From: Blepharisma stoltei ATCC 30299
Lineage: Eukaryota > Protista > Ciliophora
Reading direction: 5' to 3'
Length of the DNA stretch: 64,000 bases
NCBI GenBank assembly: GCA_965603825.1
Contig: CBFDEM010000037.1
Location: forward strand, 186,001-250,000
Shown here piece after piece: positions 46,474 to 59,383 of the stretch. Numbering within the stretch: position 1 is the stretch's first letter; the number at the start of each line of letters is the position of its first letter. Position numbers and translations under genes: made by a program. A model generated the notes under the pieces. That model ran no database searches. It had not been told where the DNA came from and saw only the letters and a program-made list of their open reading frames with translations.

Positions 46474-48894
46474 TTACTTATCGATTAAATCTCTGCAGCC
46501 TTCCCACTCGAGAGGCGCTTCGAAGTTGCTTTCTTTCATAAAAGAAAGCAAGGTCACTGTTGGGCCATCTCCAGGCTTCACAAGTAGAGCTGCCTCAAAA
46601 AATCCTTTTGCGTCTAGCCAATCGCCTTTTAAATAGGCCTCCAGTCCTTTTCTATGCTTATCATAGAATTCTTCGGTAAAGGGTTCTTTTAATGCAGCGA
46701 CTTCTCTGGAATCCTCAAAAAGTTCCCAAGACTCAAGCTGGCCTCTATCAAGCTTGCTTTTAAGGGCTTTTCTTAGCCTGGTGGTTTGTTCTTTGTTCTT
46801 GTCGAGGCCTTCTCCTGGGAAAATATTTGATGGATCCACGTCACTTGTATAGAGTCTTAATGGGCTAGCATGGCCTTTGATCATAACAGTATCAAGATGC
46901 CTGCAATATCCTTGCACAGTAGGACTTAAAATGTCATAAAAGGCTCCGCTCAGCAGTAAAGGGACACCATAAAGTTTGGTAGTTTCTTCTAGCCGTCCTG
47001 ACATGTTTACATGAGGTGAAAGGTAGCTAGCGTCAATTTTAAACTCAGAGCCAATAGCTCCTTCTATAGACCAGCCTACATGCAATCCAAATCCCATTTT
47101 GACAGCATAATTTGGCATTCTTTTGATAAGTCTGCCATGATTTCTATATTTAAGCATTTTTGGGTCTTTATTGATTTTTGCAATGACTTTTAAAAAGCTT
47201 AGCAAAGCTAAATCTCCCAAAAATCCAGCCTTTCTTGAGTTATGGTTCAAAACCAATGGATCGTCTAATTCAAGGACATCATCTTCTCCAAACTTCCAGA
47301 CAATCAGAAAAGCATCACCAATATTCTTATTAGCAGCCCCCATCAATTGATGAGTGACTGTATGCACTATATATGCAATTTCATTAACAAATACCATCAC
47401 ACTCTCTTGCAGCTCTTCAGTCGTATCAGTAAAATTCCTTATATCACAAAACCCATAAATCGCTGCAATCTTATTGCCTTGCAGCACAGGGTCGACATCT
47501 CCACTTTTCTCCATATTGGTAGCGATTATTTTTGACCCTGCTTCTCCAAAGCCTAAGGCTAGAAGTGCTCCAATTTTTACGATGGTGTTTTCCAGCACAG
47601 TAGTTTCATACTCAGCTTTTTCAGCTTTGCGGCTAAAACAAAGAAATTTCTTTTTCTGATTCTCAATGCTGGACGCTGATCTGCTTTCTGAGCTTAATAT
47701 ACAAGCATTAAGAGGATTTCTCGCAATTTTTCTGATTTTTCTTATCATGCTTTCAATAGGAAAAACCACTAGATCTTCAGCATCCCTAGTGAAGGTTAAA
47801 GCTCCGAAGGTCAAAAGAATGCATACGAAGATTGTTTTGCAAATATTTAACTCAGAATCCAAATGAGTATCAGATCTCAGATCAATAATCGCTTGTGAGT
47901 GAACTTCATTCACAATGTATTTTTCTGTGTCTCTGAGATCATCTGGATTTGTGCTTGTTTTTCAAATATAGATGTCATTTCCATATGTATAAGTTAAATA
48001 TATCAGTGGCCGCCTGTCGTCTTCATGATAGTTTATATACTCATCCCTCACATTGATAAACCCATCCTGGCCTAAGAAATGCTCAATAGTTTCTAGACCA
48101 AAAGTTCAGCTTCTTTCTGGCGTCACATAAAAATCCAAATTGAAAAGGGGGATGAACGAAATCAGGATAAAAACAAGCACAATTACTCTTTTCATTGTCA
48201 AATCTGAAAGCTTTTTGCCCACACGGCTTTCCTGGGGAATCATATCAATTTCTGTGTGGACTTGCCCTTCGTCATCTTCTTCAATCATTGCAATTCTGGC
48301 GTTTTTGTACAATTTCACAATCCTAATCAGTCTGATAAGCCTTACGATCCTTACGATGCGTGAAGCTTGGTTGCCTTGGCTGGCTGTTTTTGAATACTTC
48401 ACTTTGGTTTGCCCATCTTCTGAGTCAGAATTTATTCCTATCAATGGATATCAAATCCACCCTATATCAGGAATAATCGAAAGGGTTGACAATAAATCAA
48501 GCCAAAAGTAGAAAGAGCACCTATAGTCTTTTCGGGCAATAAATGAAGCCACTAAGTCAAATGAGAACAAGCACAGAATCGCTGTGCTTATTCCAAAGAA
48601 ATAGTTGTCAGCTTCCTTGGTGCAGGCGGAGATGCGAATATCATCAGAAAATAGGACTCAAATTGTAAGGACAGATACGATAAAAACATAAGCGTGAGAA
48701 TCAAGGATCCAGCTCAAGAGTTTTACAAATGAATTAGAACTTGTAGAACTTTCCTGAGTAGCGTCAAAAATTGAGCGACTGCTTAAGGGAATTGATTCGT
48801 AGCCTTCCCCAATTTTTAAAGCACTTTCGACGTCTTGTGAAGCAGCTGGCTGGAATTCGCTTGATTGATAAGCTTGATTCGAGGACAGGTGCAT
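46474..48894 (-). CDS. Adenylyl cyclase with N-terminal voltage-sensor/ion-channel-like domain (ciliate/apicomplexan type), 806 aa
   Basis: S4-like RIVRIVRLIRLIRIVKLYK; GFCDIRNFT, NKNIGDAF, KIDASYLSPHVN.SGRLE; C-terminal TPR-like helix. Confidence 0.92.
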
Positions 48895-49241
48895 TATTTA
48901 GTGGCAATTTAAATTATTACATATCTGTGGTATGGAAGCTACTAAGTTTTTTTAAAAGAATCTATTTAATAAACACTAAACTCAATGCCTAGAAGCTTAT
49001 TGCTATTTTTTAGACTTTAATTGGGAGGGTTTTTTAAGGAAAATTCATTAAAATAAAAAAATAAAAATTTATATTATAAAAAGCTGTTGATATTTTTATA
49101 TTTTTGGTTGAATGACTGGATATTTTGTTATTGTACTCAAGTGACAATAACAGAATCAACAGAATATTTCTGAGGCATTGATTGCTAATAAATGATAAAT
49201 TAAAGATTAAGCCAATTTTTTATTATTTATTATGCGATTAA

Positions 49242-52022
49242 TTATTCTGAGTATAAACTACTAGGTGAATTCTGCACACTATCACTCTTCGACTTATACA
49301 TCATGCTTTTATATGTCTCAGAAGTCGGAAAAACAAAACTGTCTTGAACCAGCTGCGGGCAAATCTTGAAAAGATTCGGGAACGCTGACTCAAGTTTCGA
49401 CCTTAGATTTGTAGATAAACTATCATTTGATTTAAAGAGCTGCTGGATTTCTTCCTGCTCGCTTAGCATTTCATTAGTATTTAAATTTGCCATATCACAA
49501 GACCTTGACAGAGCTTCTAAAAATTCCACAAAGGACATCTCAACGTGCCGTTTCTTATAAAGTTCGTCCACTTGTGTCATCATAGCTTGAGTGAAGCATA
49601 AATCAATTTCTCTGGTCGCAAAAGTATCATTAATCAGCCCAGCTTCACTACACAGCAGCCTAAACTCTTCCAAACTCATAAAAGGCTTATACCCTGGCAA
49701 AGTCTTTTTGCCGCTGTATTTTTTAAATAATGCGTTGAGTATAGGTTTATGGGCTTTAAGGACTAAATCGACTTCTTCACAAATGTATTTCTCAAACCTT
49801 CATTTATTTGTGTCATTAGTAATCATCACCGGCATAAGATGTTCATCAAGAAGCTTTTGTATGGACTCTGACACGGTTGTGCAGATTTTGTTCCTGACGT
49901 ATCTATCATTGGCAACCCTGACTAGGATTTCCATGAACTCGTACCTTACTAATGCACTGCCTGGGTTATAAACCTGCCCTTTTTCTTTAGGGACTATACA
50001 AGAATTCCAGTTGACCCCTAAGTCACTAACTGCATAGTTTGAATCAAGAATTAAGCATTGGTTTAAAAAATCAGTCAAAACATTTGAGCCAATAGAAAAC
50101 ATCTCAGAGCCGCTGAAGGCTGATAAATATTTATAGGTCTCTCTGATGTATTTATAATGAGACCTCAAAATTTCTTTAACTTTGTCTTGATCGCCTTGGT
50201 TTTTAATAAAATTAGGCAGGCGAGAATATCGCCAGTCGAACTCAAAACAGTCGTTAAGAAGGTTTTCATCGTCAAATTTGTAGTCTTTGAATAGAGAAAT
50301 TGGGATGCTCCATGGGATCCTTTCAAGCTCCTGCTCTGGAGGGACATACACAAGTCCTGGAATTCTGGGTTTTACATCGAAATTATGGTCTTTATTGCAG
50401 ATAGGGCCTTTTGCAGGGAACACATTGATGCTGTGCATTTTTACAGTTTCAGTGAACCCAGACCAAAACTGGACTTGTCGCTGAATTGGTGTTTCCAGCT
50501 GAATGATTTTATGCTCCAAAGATTTCATAGGGCTTCCATTATGGCTGTAAAAGAATTTTACAAGCCCAGGTGGAACTGCTCGGGTAAGTTTATATGAACC
50601 ATCATGCTGTCTGGCCATAAGATCAGCTCCATAATTATCACACTCTAAATGCAAAAAAATAGGATCTGAGTCAGCTTTTCCAGAAACGTTTGGCTTCCAG
50701 GTAAACTCAACTTCTACCCAATCTTCACAAACCCAGCAGTTTATCGATTCCTTATATGAGTTGCATTTCGCTGGCTCAATAATCCTTCTAAAAAAATGAC
50801 CCTGCTCAAGCCTTTCCCCTGCTACTTGTGGAGTAATAAACCCTTTGGAATTTAATGAGCAGTCATTTCCTGCCATATGAAGCCCAAGAATCACATGATT
50901 TTCATTAAGAAAATCTCCTATGATTTTGCACTCTTCAGTAGTAAAGTAGTTATAAGATAAGTCTAAATGGTATAAAGTCTGATGGGCTTTTAGAGCTTGT
51001 CCTATTAGAGTTGCTATTTCTAAGTTGTCGTTTCTTCCTATTGCGTTTCATGATAAGTCTAACACCTTTAGCACATCATTTCCTGCAAGCCCTTCAAAAA
51101 ATAATTTTGCGCCGTCTCCTCTGATTTTATTCCAGTGCAAATCTAGCCTTTTTAGTGACTGGCTATGAAATAATAAATCATGCAAAGCTGCAGCTGACTT
51201 GTCTGTAAGGTTATTTTTTGCCAAGCTGAGTCGTGATAGTGTTTTATTATCTGCAAGAACTTGGCAGAGTTCAGAAACAGCCAAATCTGTAATTGAAGTG
51301 TTTTCTAAGTTTAAATGTCTTAGCGTTGAGTTAAAGCCTGTTAGCATTTCTATAATCTTTGATATGGACCGAGTCCCAATTTTATTGTCAGCTAGTGAAA
51401 TTGATCTCAATTTATGTGCTGGGAGTTTTGAAAGGATACTAAAACTTCCCCTTTCTGTCAGCCTGTTAGACTTTAAATTGATTTTTTCCAGCCCTTTTAC
51501 ATGCTCTATTCCTTCTGAAAATGCTTCAGCATATAAATCGCCCATACTGTAACAGTGTATATCTAAATTGTTCTCAGGGCCATTTCTCCTTACCATTCCG
51601 AATGGCTTCGGCTGCAGCTGATTTTGTTCAACTCTTTGTAAGTATGCAACGTTAGGAGAATCTTCTAGTTTCTCGAATTTGTTCCTTTGCGTTACTTTGG
51701 GTAAATTTTTGAAAGAATCAAAATACTCAAGCCTTGCTGCAGGTCCGATTGGACCGGCGTAGGTTTGCATGCTTCCTGATTCACGCCTTTCTCGAGTTTT
51801 TAAGAAGATTTGTCGAGAAATTTCTCTGGTTTCGAGGTTTTCACGAATAGAAATAGGAGGAAAGGTGGATTGGAAATTTCGATTTGGAGCTTTGTTAGGG
51901 GATAACGCTGAACTTTTAGATGGACTTTCGAAAGGCTGAAAACTGGTGAAGCCTAATGAGGTTGAACGTGGAGAGATTTTAGGCAGCAGCCCAAGGGTTT
52001 GGTGGGATTTTGACTTTTCCAT
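49242..52022 (-). CDS. RNI-like LRR protein with central beta-sandwich-like and C-terminal EF-hand-like helical region, 926 aa
   Basis: LxxLxLxxN repeats; TGA=W at 51048 and 49800 joins three ORFs. Confidence 0.8.
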
Positions 52023-52250
52023 TTAATGATTATTGAAGGAGTGTTATTTTCATTGCTTTGGCAGTTTTTTCCCATTTTATTTTGAGAAATTAGTTCATAT
52101 AAATAAGGGTAAACTAAACTAAACATAAGCAAAAATAGCACTTACGATGTTTAAAAATTTTACTATAAAATGAATCTGCTTATTTATAATAAATACTATA
52201 TACCTTTTACTAATTAAAATTATTACAAATTGAATTATTATTAAGTTTTG

Positions 52251-53723
52251 CTACTCAATTCCAAAACCAAAGGCATGGTTATTGATAACAAACTTCAAAG
52301 ACTTTTTAAGTGCTTTTTTAGAAGGATATAACGGAAGGTCTAGCCTATTGAAGCAAGTATGGGATCTTGGATAAATATTGGACTGGTTATAAGGAGTTGG
52401 CTCAATTGTAAACCTTGCCATATCTCCTCTCATTGTCCTCAATGAGCCAAAACCTTCAACTGGGAGTCGTGGAGATCCTGTTACAAACAGTAAAAGATTC
52501 ATAAGCTGTTCATGGCTAAGATTTTCCAGGACCTCCCAAAATCATTGAATGACTTGGTGGTTTCTAGTATACTCTCCTCTATATTCTGTATATGCCTGCC
52601 AGTCATCTATATCAATAAATGGAAGTCCACACATGGCAAGCTCAAGCTCTTCAGAAGTAAAATGGCAAACCAGCGGTTTCGGTACTACAGAGTAAAATCC
52701 TTGCAGCAATAAATTTAAATGTTCTTTCATTATCCCATATGTCTCGAATTTTAACCTTTTTTTTATATATTCTTCTTTATTTTCTTCATTTATCATTATT
52801 TTATCACCACGTTTTTTTAACAAAATTTTGACCATTTTCCCATTCATATTTTTTTCTACCTCAAAATTCGAATAAATTTCATCCTCGAGGTTGTTATTTT
52901 GCATATATAGTAATGAATTATAAAGCTAAATAGAGGATACCTCAGAATCTAGGAAATTCAAATCTTTCAGCTCAATTTTATCACCTATGATGTGCTTATA
53001 GATAACCTGTGACAAGGGGCAATTTATGGGAATATTCTCAAATAGGGCTTTCCCCATAAGTTTTCCAGCAAATATGTAGCTTGATATATTGGCATCTGAA
53101 AAATGGTTTGGAAAAGTATAGCTAGTAATTGAGCTTGGGGCTTTAACAAACAGCCCTAAGTCTTCAGCAAATAAATCCTTCATCAATAGTGTTATTCATT
53201 CCCTAAAAATCCCGCCTGCATCCATTCCATTTTCTCCTTCAAAACTAATTTGAAATTCCTTATGCAAATCTTCAGCTGGGGAAAACAATACTTGAGCCAT
53301 TGAGGACTGTATAAAATCCTCCCTATTTATAGTGAATTTCACACTTTCTGTCTGCCATGGGATTCGAATTTTATTAAATTCATTTTGGAGCCATTTTGCC
53401 TTGGTCTCATATGGCAGATCTTTTGAGATCTGGATATTGAGAACTTTATATTGCTGGCTTTCTCCTCGGGAGTGCCTCAAACAGGAAATCAAATGTTCGG
53501 CAAATAGCCGAATTTCAGTATTTCTTGGGAACTCCATCCTACATCTGGGACAGACTAAAGAGCTACTTTGAATATTCAAGGCCATAAGATGGTGTCCTGG
53601 CTGAGGTAGAAGGAGTTCTGGTTGAGGTTGTGGATCAGAACTGTGAGGTTCATGACTAGGAGCTTGAGACACTGGCACTGGGTTGTGAACTGATTGTGAT
53701 GATTTGCTGGTACAGCAGCCCAT
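52251..53723 (-). CDS. Compact NEDD4-type HECT E3 ligase with MGCC acylation motif and UBZ-like zinc finger, 485 aa
   Basis: GENGMDAGGIFRE(W), VIQ(W)FWEV, FVTGSPRLPVEGF, PRSHTCFNRLDLP; intron 52926-52940. Confidence 0.9.
52926..52940 (-). other. 15-nt intron GTATCCTCTATTTAG
   Basis: Removes TAG and restores the HECT motif LDSE-LYNSL. Confidence 0.9.
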
Positions 53724-53985
53724 TTGAATTATTTATTACTCAATAAAGACATAAGTGTAGAACTAATAAATCTGCTACTGATGATACAAAATATGGACTC
53801 CGCCAAAACCATGGAAAGTTTTATTATAAAAAATAATAATTTTTACTTATTAAATTTGAAAATTTAATACATTGTTTTTCTGTTGAGAAAATACAGTAAT
53901 TTGTGTGGCTAATTCGTCTGGTCAGAATCAGTGCATTTCATCACCGACAAAATTAAATGAACAATCCGTTTTCGATAATTCTAAA

Positions 53986-54645
53986 ATGGAAGCCAAAAGC
54001 AGGTTTAGTCTTCGACAAGATAGCTCCTCATTTGAAGATCTTGATGGTAAATTCTATTATTTGAACACTGCGCCATCATTGAAATCATCAGTAACGTCCC
54101 AATTTAAATCAAGCTTTCTTGATAGGAGAGAAGAATTATCATCAAAACCAAGCATTTCGAGCACCGGCCTTTCCAGTCCGAACTCACTTGAAAAAGTGCA
54201 TGCGCTCCGAGATACTGAGGCAGATTCAAGTATAAGATTTGACACTTCTGAAGATTTCTGCATGCTACCTGTTTCTCCTCAACGCTATGTAGGAAATTTC
54301 CAAAAAAATTACTTAGAATGTGGCCAGTGGCCAGATACAACTCCAGACGAGCAGACAAATTTAAAGAAAAAATACCAGCAGCTTCAAAAAGAGTGTGGAA
54401 AATCTGAAGCTGCTAGAGCCAAGCTTGAAAGTGAGCTAGAGGCGTATAAAAGAGGGAAAATCCCATGTAATAATTGCAAAATATTAAAAGAGAAAAATAA
54501 AGCGACTAAAAGAGCGTTAGAAGAGGCAGTGCAACTCAGCAATCTTTTACTAAGCGAAGTTCACAGACTGGACTCTGAACTGAGACAGCCCGAATTCTCA
54601 CCGAGAAGCAATAAAAAGGTTACATTTACAGGTTTCAAAATGTAA
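53986..54645 (+). CDS. Hypothetical Ser-rich/coiled-coil protein, 219 aa
   Basis: First ATG in the ORF is at 53986; C-terminal KKVTF (RVxF-like). Confidence 0.7.
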   Translation: MEAKSRFSLRQDSSSFEDLDGKFYYLNTAPSLKSSVTSQFKSSFLDRREELSSKPSISSTGLSSPNSLEKVHALRDTEADSSIRFDTSEDFCMLPVSPQRYVGNFQKNYLECGQWPDTTPDEQTNLKKKYQQLQKECGKSEAARAKLESELEAYKRGKIPCNNCKILKEKNKATKRALEEAVQLSNLLLSEVHRLDSELRQPEFSPRSNKKVTFTGFKM

Positions 54646-54679
54646 ATACAGAGTAACACTAATTTTCTAACTTTACTAT

Positions 54680-56005
54680 CTAAGCCTTATTTAATGGTGA
54701 AATGTGTGAAAATCCTACATATTTATGCAGACATTCTGGAAGTTCTATGGTCCCATCTTTCTTTTGGCCATGCTCAAGCAGCCCTAGTAGAACTCTTGGC
54801 ACTGCACAAGCAGTTCCATTGACTGTATGCACGTGCTTTTTCTCCCCTGATTTATCTAAGTAAAAAGAATTGAGCCTTAAAGCTTGATAATCTCGGCAGT
54901 TTGAAGTACTAGTGACTTCTCCCCAGTCTTCTCGTGAAGGCATCCAGATTTCTATATCATACTTCCTATATGCACTGGCGCCAAGATCAGTTGAGGGCAT
55001 ATCTAAAACTCTGAAAGGCAATTTCAAGCTATTTAGGAGCTCTATTTCAATGCTTAGCATTTCTTCGTGGGTTTTATCAGACTCTTCAGGGGTTGTGAAT
55101 GCAAACATTTCTACCTTAGAAAACTGATGAAGCCTATATAATCCTTTTGAAACCTGCCCTCGTCCAGCTTCCATTCTGAAACAATGGCTAAATCCTGCAT
55201 ATTTCATAGGAAGCTTATCAGCATTTATAACAGTCTCAGCAAACATCCCAGCGATTGAAATTTCAGCTGTTCCAATTAGGCATAATTTATTATCAGCTAA
55301 ATTGTACATCTGGCCTGATGGGTCTCTTGGTTGGAATCCGCAGCCTGATGCGATTTCTTGTTTGCAGATATCAGGAGTTGTGATAGGAGTAAACCCTTTT
55401 TTGACTACGTTTTGCATTGCCCAGTTTATGAGTCCAAGCTCGATCAGTGCAGCTTCGTTTTTTAAATACACGAATTTTGAGTTAGTGATTTTGGCTGCTG
55501 AGTCAAAGTCAAATAAATTGTGGAGAGCGCCTAGTTCTAGATGGTCCTTTATTTTGAAGTCAAACTTGGGGATTTTGCCATGAAGAGCAAGCTGGTGAGG
55601 CTGGTCTCCAATTGGGACATCTGGGTGGGTTAAGTTTGGGATCTTTAGGGCTTCTTCCATTAATTCATTTTCAAGCTTTTCTAAATTGGCTTCTTGGGTT
55701 GCGACTTCTTGCTTATGAACCCTTGCAAGCTTTTTGTGTTCTGCTTTTTCATCTTCTGATAAAGGTTTCCTGTGTTAAATTTACTTTTCTGAGTGCAAAT
55801 TTCGCTTTTTTCTAAGCATTTCAAGATCATGCAATTGAGTTTTGTATAGTTCCCATAAGTCAACAGTCCTCTGAGCATTGGCATTTGCAGAACGATTTTT
55901 GATATTTTGGATGTGATACGGAAGAATTTCTTTGAGGTTCTTAAAGTCAAATTTTATTGACCCATATCTGAGTTTAGAGGCTACTTGAGAAAAATGTCTC
56001 ATCAT
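54680..56005 (-). CDS. SARS2: Seryl-tRNA synthetase, mitochondrial type, 436 aa
   Basis: IPNLTHPDVP, LIGTAEI, FRMEAG, GLYRLHQFSKVEMF, EVTSTSNC, HTVNGT; presequence-like start; intron 55770-55784. Confidence 0.9.
55770..55784 (-). other. 15-nt intron GTAAATTTAACACAG
   Basis: Removes an in-frame TAA in the SerRS coiled-coil arm. Confidence 0.88.
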
Positions 56006-56030
56006 TTTATCTAATTCATATTAATTAACT

Positions 56031-58742
56031 TTATCTTGTCCTAAGAGCTCTCTGCTTGGCCCTGTTGTGTAATTTATGCAGCCAATCATTAACATACTGT
56101 GAGTCAGCACTTTGTTGGACAAATTTTTGTTTCTCAGACTCGGTCAAGCAGTCATGCGGAACTCCCACCAAAGCTTCTTTCAGCCATTCAGATGCCTCAA
56201 AAATAGTCAAAATCTTATAACAGAGATCAGAAATGCAGTCATAAATTTCTGATGGCATGACTTGGATTATAGCACCTATCAATTTCCTCAGAATTTCTCC
56301 ATAATGTACCAGACAAATCTCTTCGACTTCTGGTATATACCTATAATGTTTTTCATCAGCCAAATCAGCCAAAACTTCAAGAAATCCGTATAAGCATTTT
56401 GCAGCTTCCCCATGTTGGAGACCGATTCCAATTTTAGCAGTATTAATAATATTCTGAAAAGATGGGGAGTTTATAGTAGAGTGGGTGCAATAATTCAGAT
56501 ATCTGATGACCATGCCAAAGAAATCTTCTGTCAATTCAGGGCTGTTTACCATTGCTTCGTATGAATTTATTCTAGCAAGGGCTGACTGTGAAAGGGTATT
56601 GAAAACTTGGCTTAATAGCTCATTATACTCTTGCTTACCTCCGAAAATTCTTACGAGATTTTCAGTCATATATAAATATGATGAATGCCCGTATGTTTGA
56701 AAGAGGCTGGAAATGATTGGTAAGAAGTCAGATAAAAATTCGCCGAAGCTTTCTTTTAGCTTTTTCATTGAGTGTTTGATGATTCGGCATATCCTTTCTA
56801 TTGCGTCTGGGCTGTTTTGGAAAACTTCAATTAAGCGTTTGAGAACTGGCCACATTTCTTTGAAGAAAATGTAGACTCCTTCTTTGCTTACTTCGCTGCT
56901 CGCAGATGATTTTAGTATAATAGCTAGCTTATCACAATTTTCATTAAACACTTCTTCATTTGGTTGTTCTTGCTGGGTAATATTCTTTAATTCAGTCGCA
57001 TAGTAACTGCACAATTCAAGGATTTTTGTATGGTCTTCACATCTTCAAACTACTGATGAAACTCCTTCTAATATTTTTTCTTGTGAAAAATCTGGCATCT
57101 TATGAGAAGCTGTATGAAGCTGTAACAACGAATCGACATGTTGAACAAGCAAATAAGAATTATCTTGGCAAATTGCTTGAAACGCAGCTGCAGAGTCATG
57201 GTGGGTACCAGGCTGAGTCATGCAATTAGCCAAATAAGTCATAATTGTCGACAAAGAATCCTGTAAAATTCTCAAAGAAGCAGAACTCAGCATCTTACAA
57301 ATAGTCAGATTTAGCTGCAGAATCGGCCACACCTGCCTAGTCAGCAAAATAATTGGCTGCTGCAGGGCTCCTGCATTATCTTCTGGCAATATTTCACTTA
57401 AAGCTTGCAAACAGACAGCAATAGCTTCAATTTGACAGTATTTTTCCCTTTCGCTTTCATTGTAATTTTCTGAAAAAATTTGTTGTAAATTCTCATGCAA
57501 AATTTGAACAGTTTTGGCTTCACCAAGAACTATTGAAATGTCTTGGATTGCCCCAGACAAATGATATCTTTTATCATCAATCTCATCATCTAATTTTTTG
57601 CCTGGAATAATTGAATAAAGCAGCTCTGCGTCCAGCTTGCATTGAAGAATACAAATCTGTAAAATTCTCATCATAAACGGAGCTAAAGTCTCCTTTTTTA
57701 CACTTTGTTCTTCTACATTTAGCGCTCGTCTGAAATTTCTGCACAACTTATGCCAAAAATTAGTCACATCTTTAATCCCTTCATAAGACTCAACCCTAAG
57801 CATTTCAATCAGAATTTGTAATAGTTCATCTGATTGTCCTCTAATAATTAGCAATATATGTGTGTTCCCTAGCGTTGTAAAAATTTTGATATACCCTTCA
57901 ACAGCTTCTGTATCTTTAAACCTTATCGCTTCTAAAGCTTTTTCTCTTAATAAAAGTACCTGGTTCACTATAAGTGTAATAGTGTCTTGATATTTAGTAA
58001 AATCTTCAGTGGCTCTGATAAGTTCACAAATAATTCCAGCTGCAGTTTGAAAGTGTACTGGCGAGTTTAATGCTCCAAAGCACATCGGTAAAAGCTGACT
58101 TTTTGGCAGCTCATTAACTACATTTGGCTCAAGACCTAGCTGTAGCCACTCTAAAAATGTTTCCAGTATGGAAACTAAAAACTCATTCGGCATGGACTGT
58201 AAAAATACCAGCACGTCACTTGAGTTCCTTATAAGTAAATTTTTATACTTAATAATCGTGTCTTGGTCAGCTACTATTGTTTCATCACTACTCACTTCAG
58301 CCATACACTTCAGAATTTCAAGCATCAGTCCTGGCTTGTCTCGAAAAGCTGCATAAAGCTCAGCGAACATGGCAGGACCCCATGTGTCTACTAAGTGTAA
58401 GCCTAAAATTCCTACACACAAGGCAAGCTGCCGCATCACACGGGTATTGTCCACGAACCTTGTGCAGAGACTGAGCAGGTTAATTTTGAAGCTGGCAAGG
58501 TCTGTGTTTTTCAGCTCTTCGAAGTCAAAGGAAAGCTTTGTTTTTAGCGTTTGGGCGCTAAAGATATAGGCTGGCTCAGATAAATTTTCTTGAAGTAAAA
58601 GTTGGCCGATTATTCCCCAGGCAACTGTGGCTTTTTGAAATGATTTGAGCCATAAATCAAGTTCTTTGTAGTTTGGAAGTGGGTTTTGGCCATACATGGA
58701 GTCAATTGCTTTCAGAACATTTTCCGCGATAAACTCATCCAT
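56031..58742 (-). CDS. Importin-beta family karyopherin (transportin-3/Mtr10/importin-13-like), 903 aa
   Basis: WLKSFQKATVAW, FSAQTLKTKLSFDF, ERICRIIK, PELTEDFF; TGA=W at 57045. Confidence 0.85.
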
Positions 58743-59073
58743 TTTAACAATATAGATTGGAATAAAGATAGGAAAATAGAAAAAATTATTGAGAGGATTT
58801 AAGGTATTTATTGAAGTAATTTAATACTGATAAAATTATTTATTTAAAAATGGTAAGCTAAATTTTATGCGATATATGAAGCTAAAAGAGCATGGAGTTT
58901 TAAATAAAATGATATTGCATAGAATTTATATGTATATCATTAATAACTGCAATAAAAATAAGTTTTATTTAAGCAAACTTTAATAAACATATTCGAGTTA
59001 TGAGATTTATAAATTAAAATCAAAAACGCGCTTTTTACCTTTTTAATTTTAAACCGAATATTCGAAATTAAAA

Positions 59074-59173
59074 ATATGTGAAAGGATTATGCAAGCTTGA
59101 ATATTAGATTACAAAGCTCGCAATCCTTTCTGAGTTTTTTCAGACTTATAAGGTGCCAAGGCATCTAAGTCAT
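59074..59173 (-). ncRNA. Candidate box H/ACA snoRNA
   Basis: Hairpin GACTTA/TAAGTC, AAAAAA (ANANNA), hairpin with 9-bp GAAAGGATT/AATCCTTTC and GCGAGCTT/AAGCTTGC stems, ACA plus 3 nt. Confidence 0.4.
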
Positions 59174-59383
59174 TTGGTTTCTTCTCACCATCATTATTAC
59201 CACATTCTACCAACTCTTATCTATAAATCTGTCTTTTTTATATGAACACTCCCTATTTGAATCATTATGGGAGAGTGCATAAACTCTGAGATCTTATTAA
59301 CTTTCTGTTAAGATCAGAACATTATTATATCATCTCTTTAAGCAATGCATTTTAAGCCATTTCTATTAAATCATAAATATATT

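Noticed and set aside
53880-53945. C/D snoRNA suggested by GTGATGA and CTGA on the - strand
   Set aside because: No terminal D box at a plausible distance and no terminal stem
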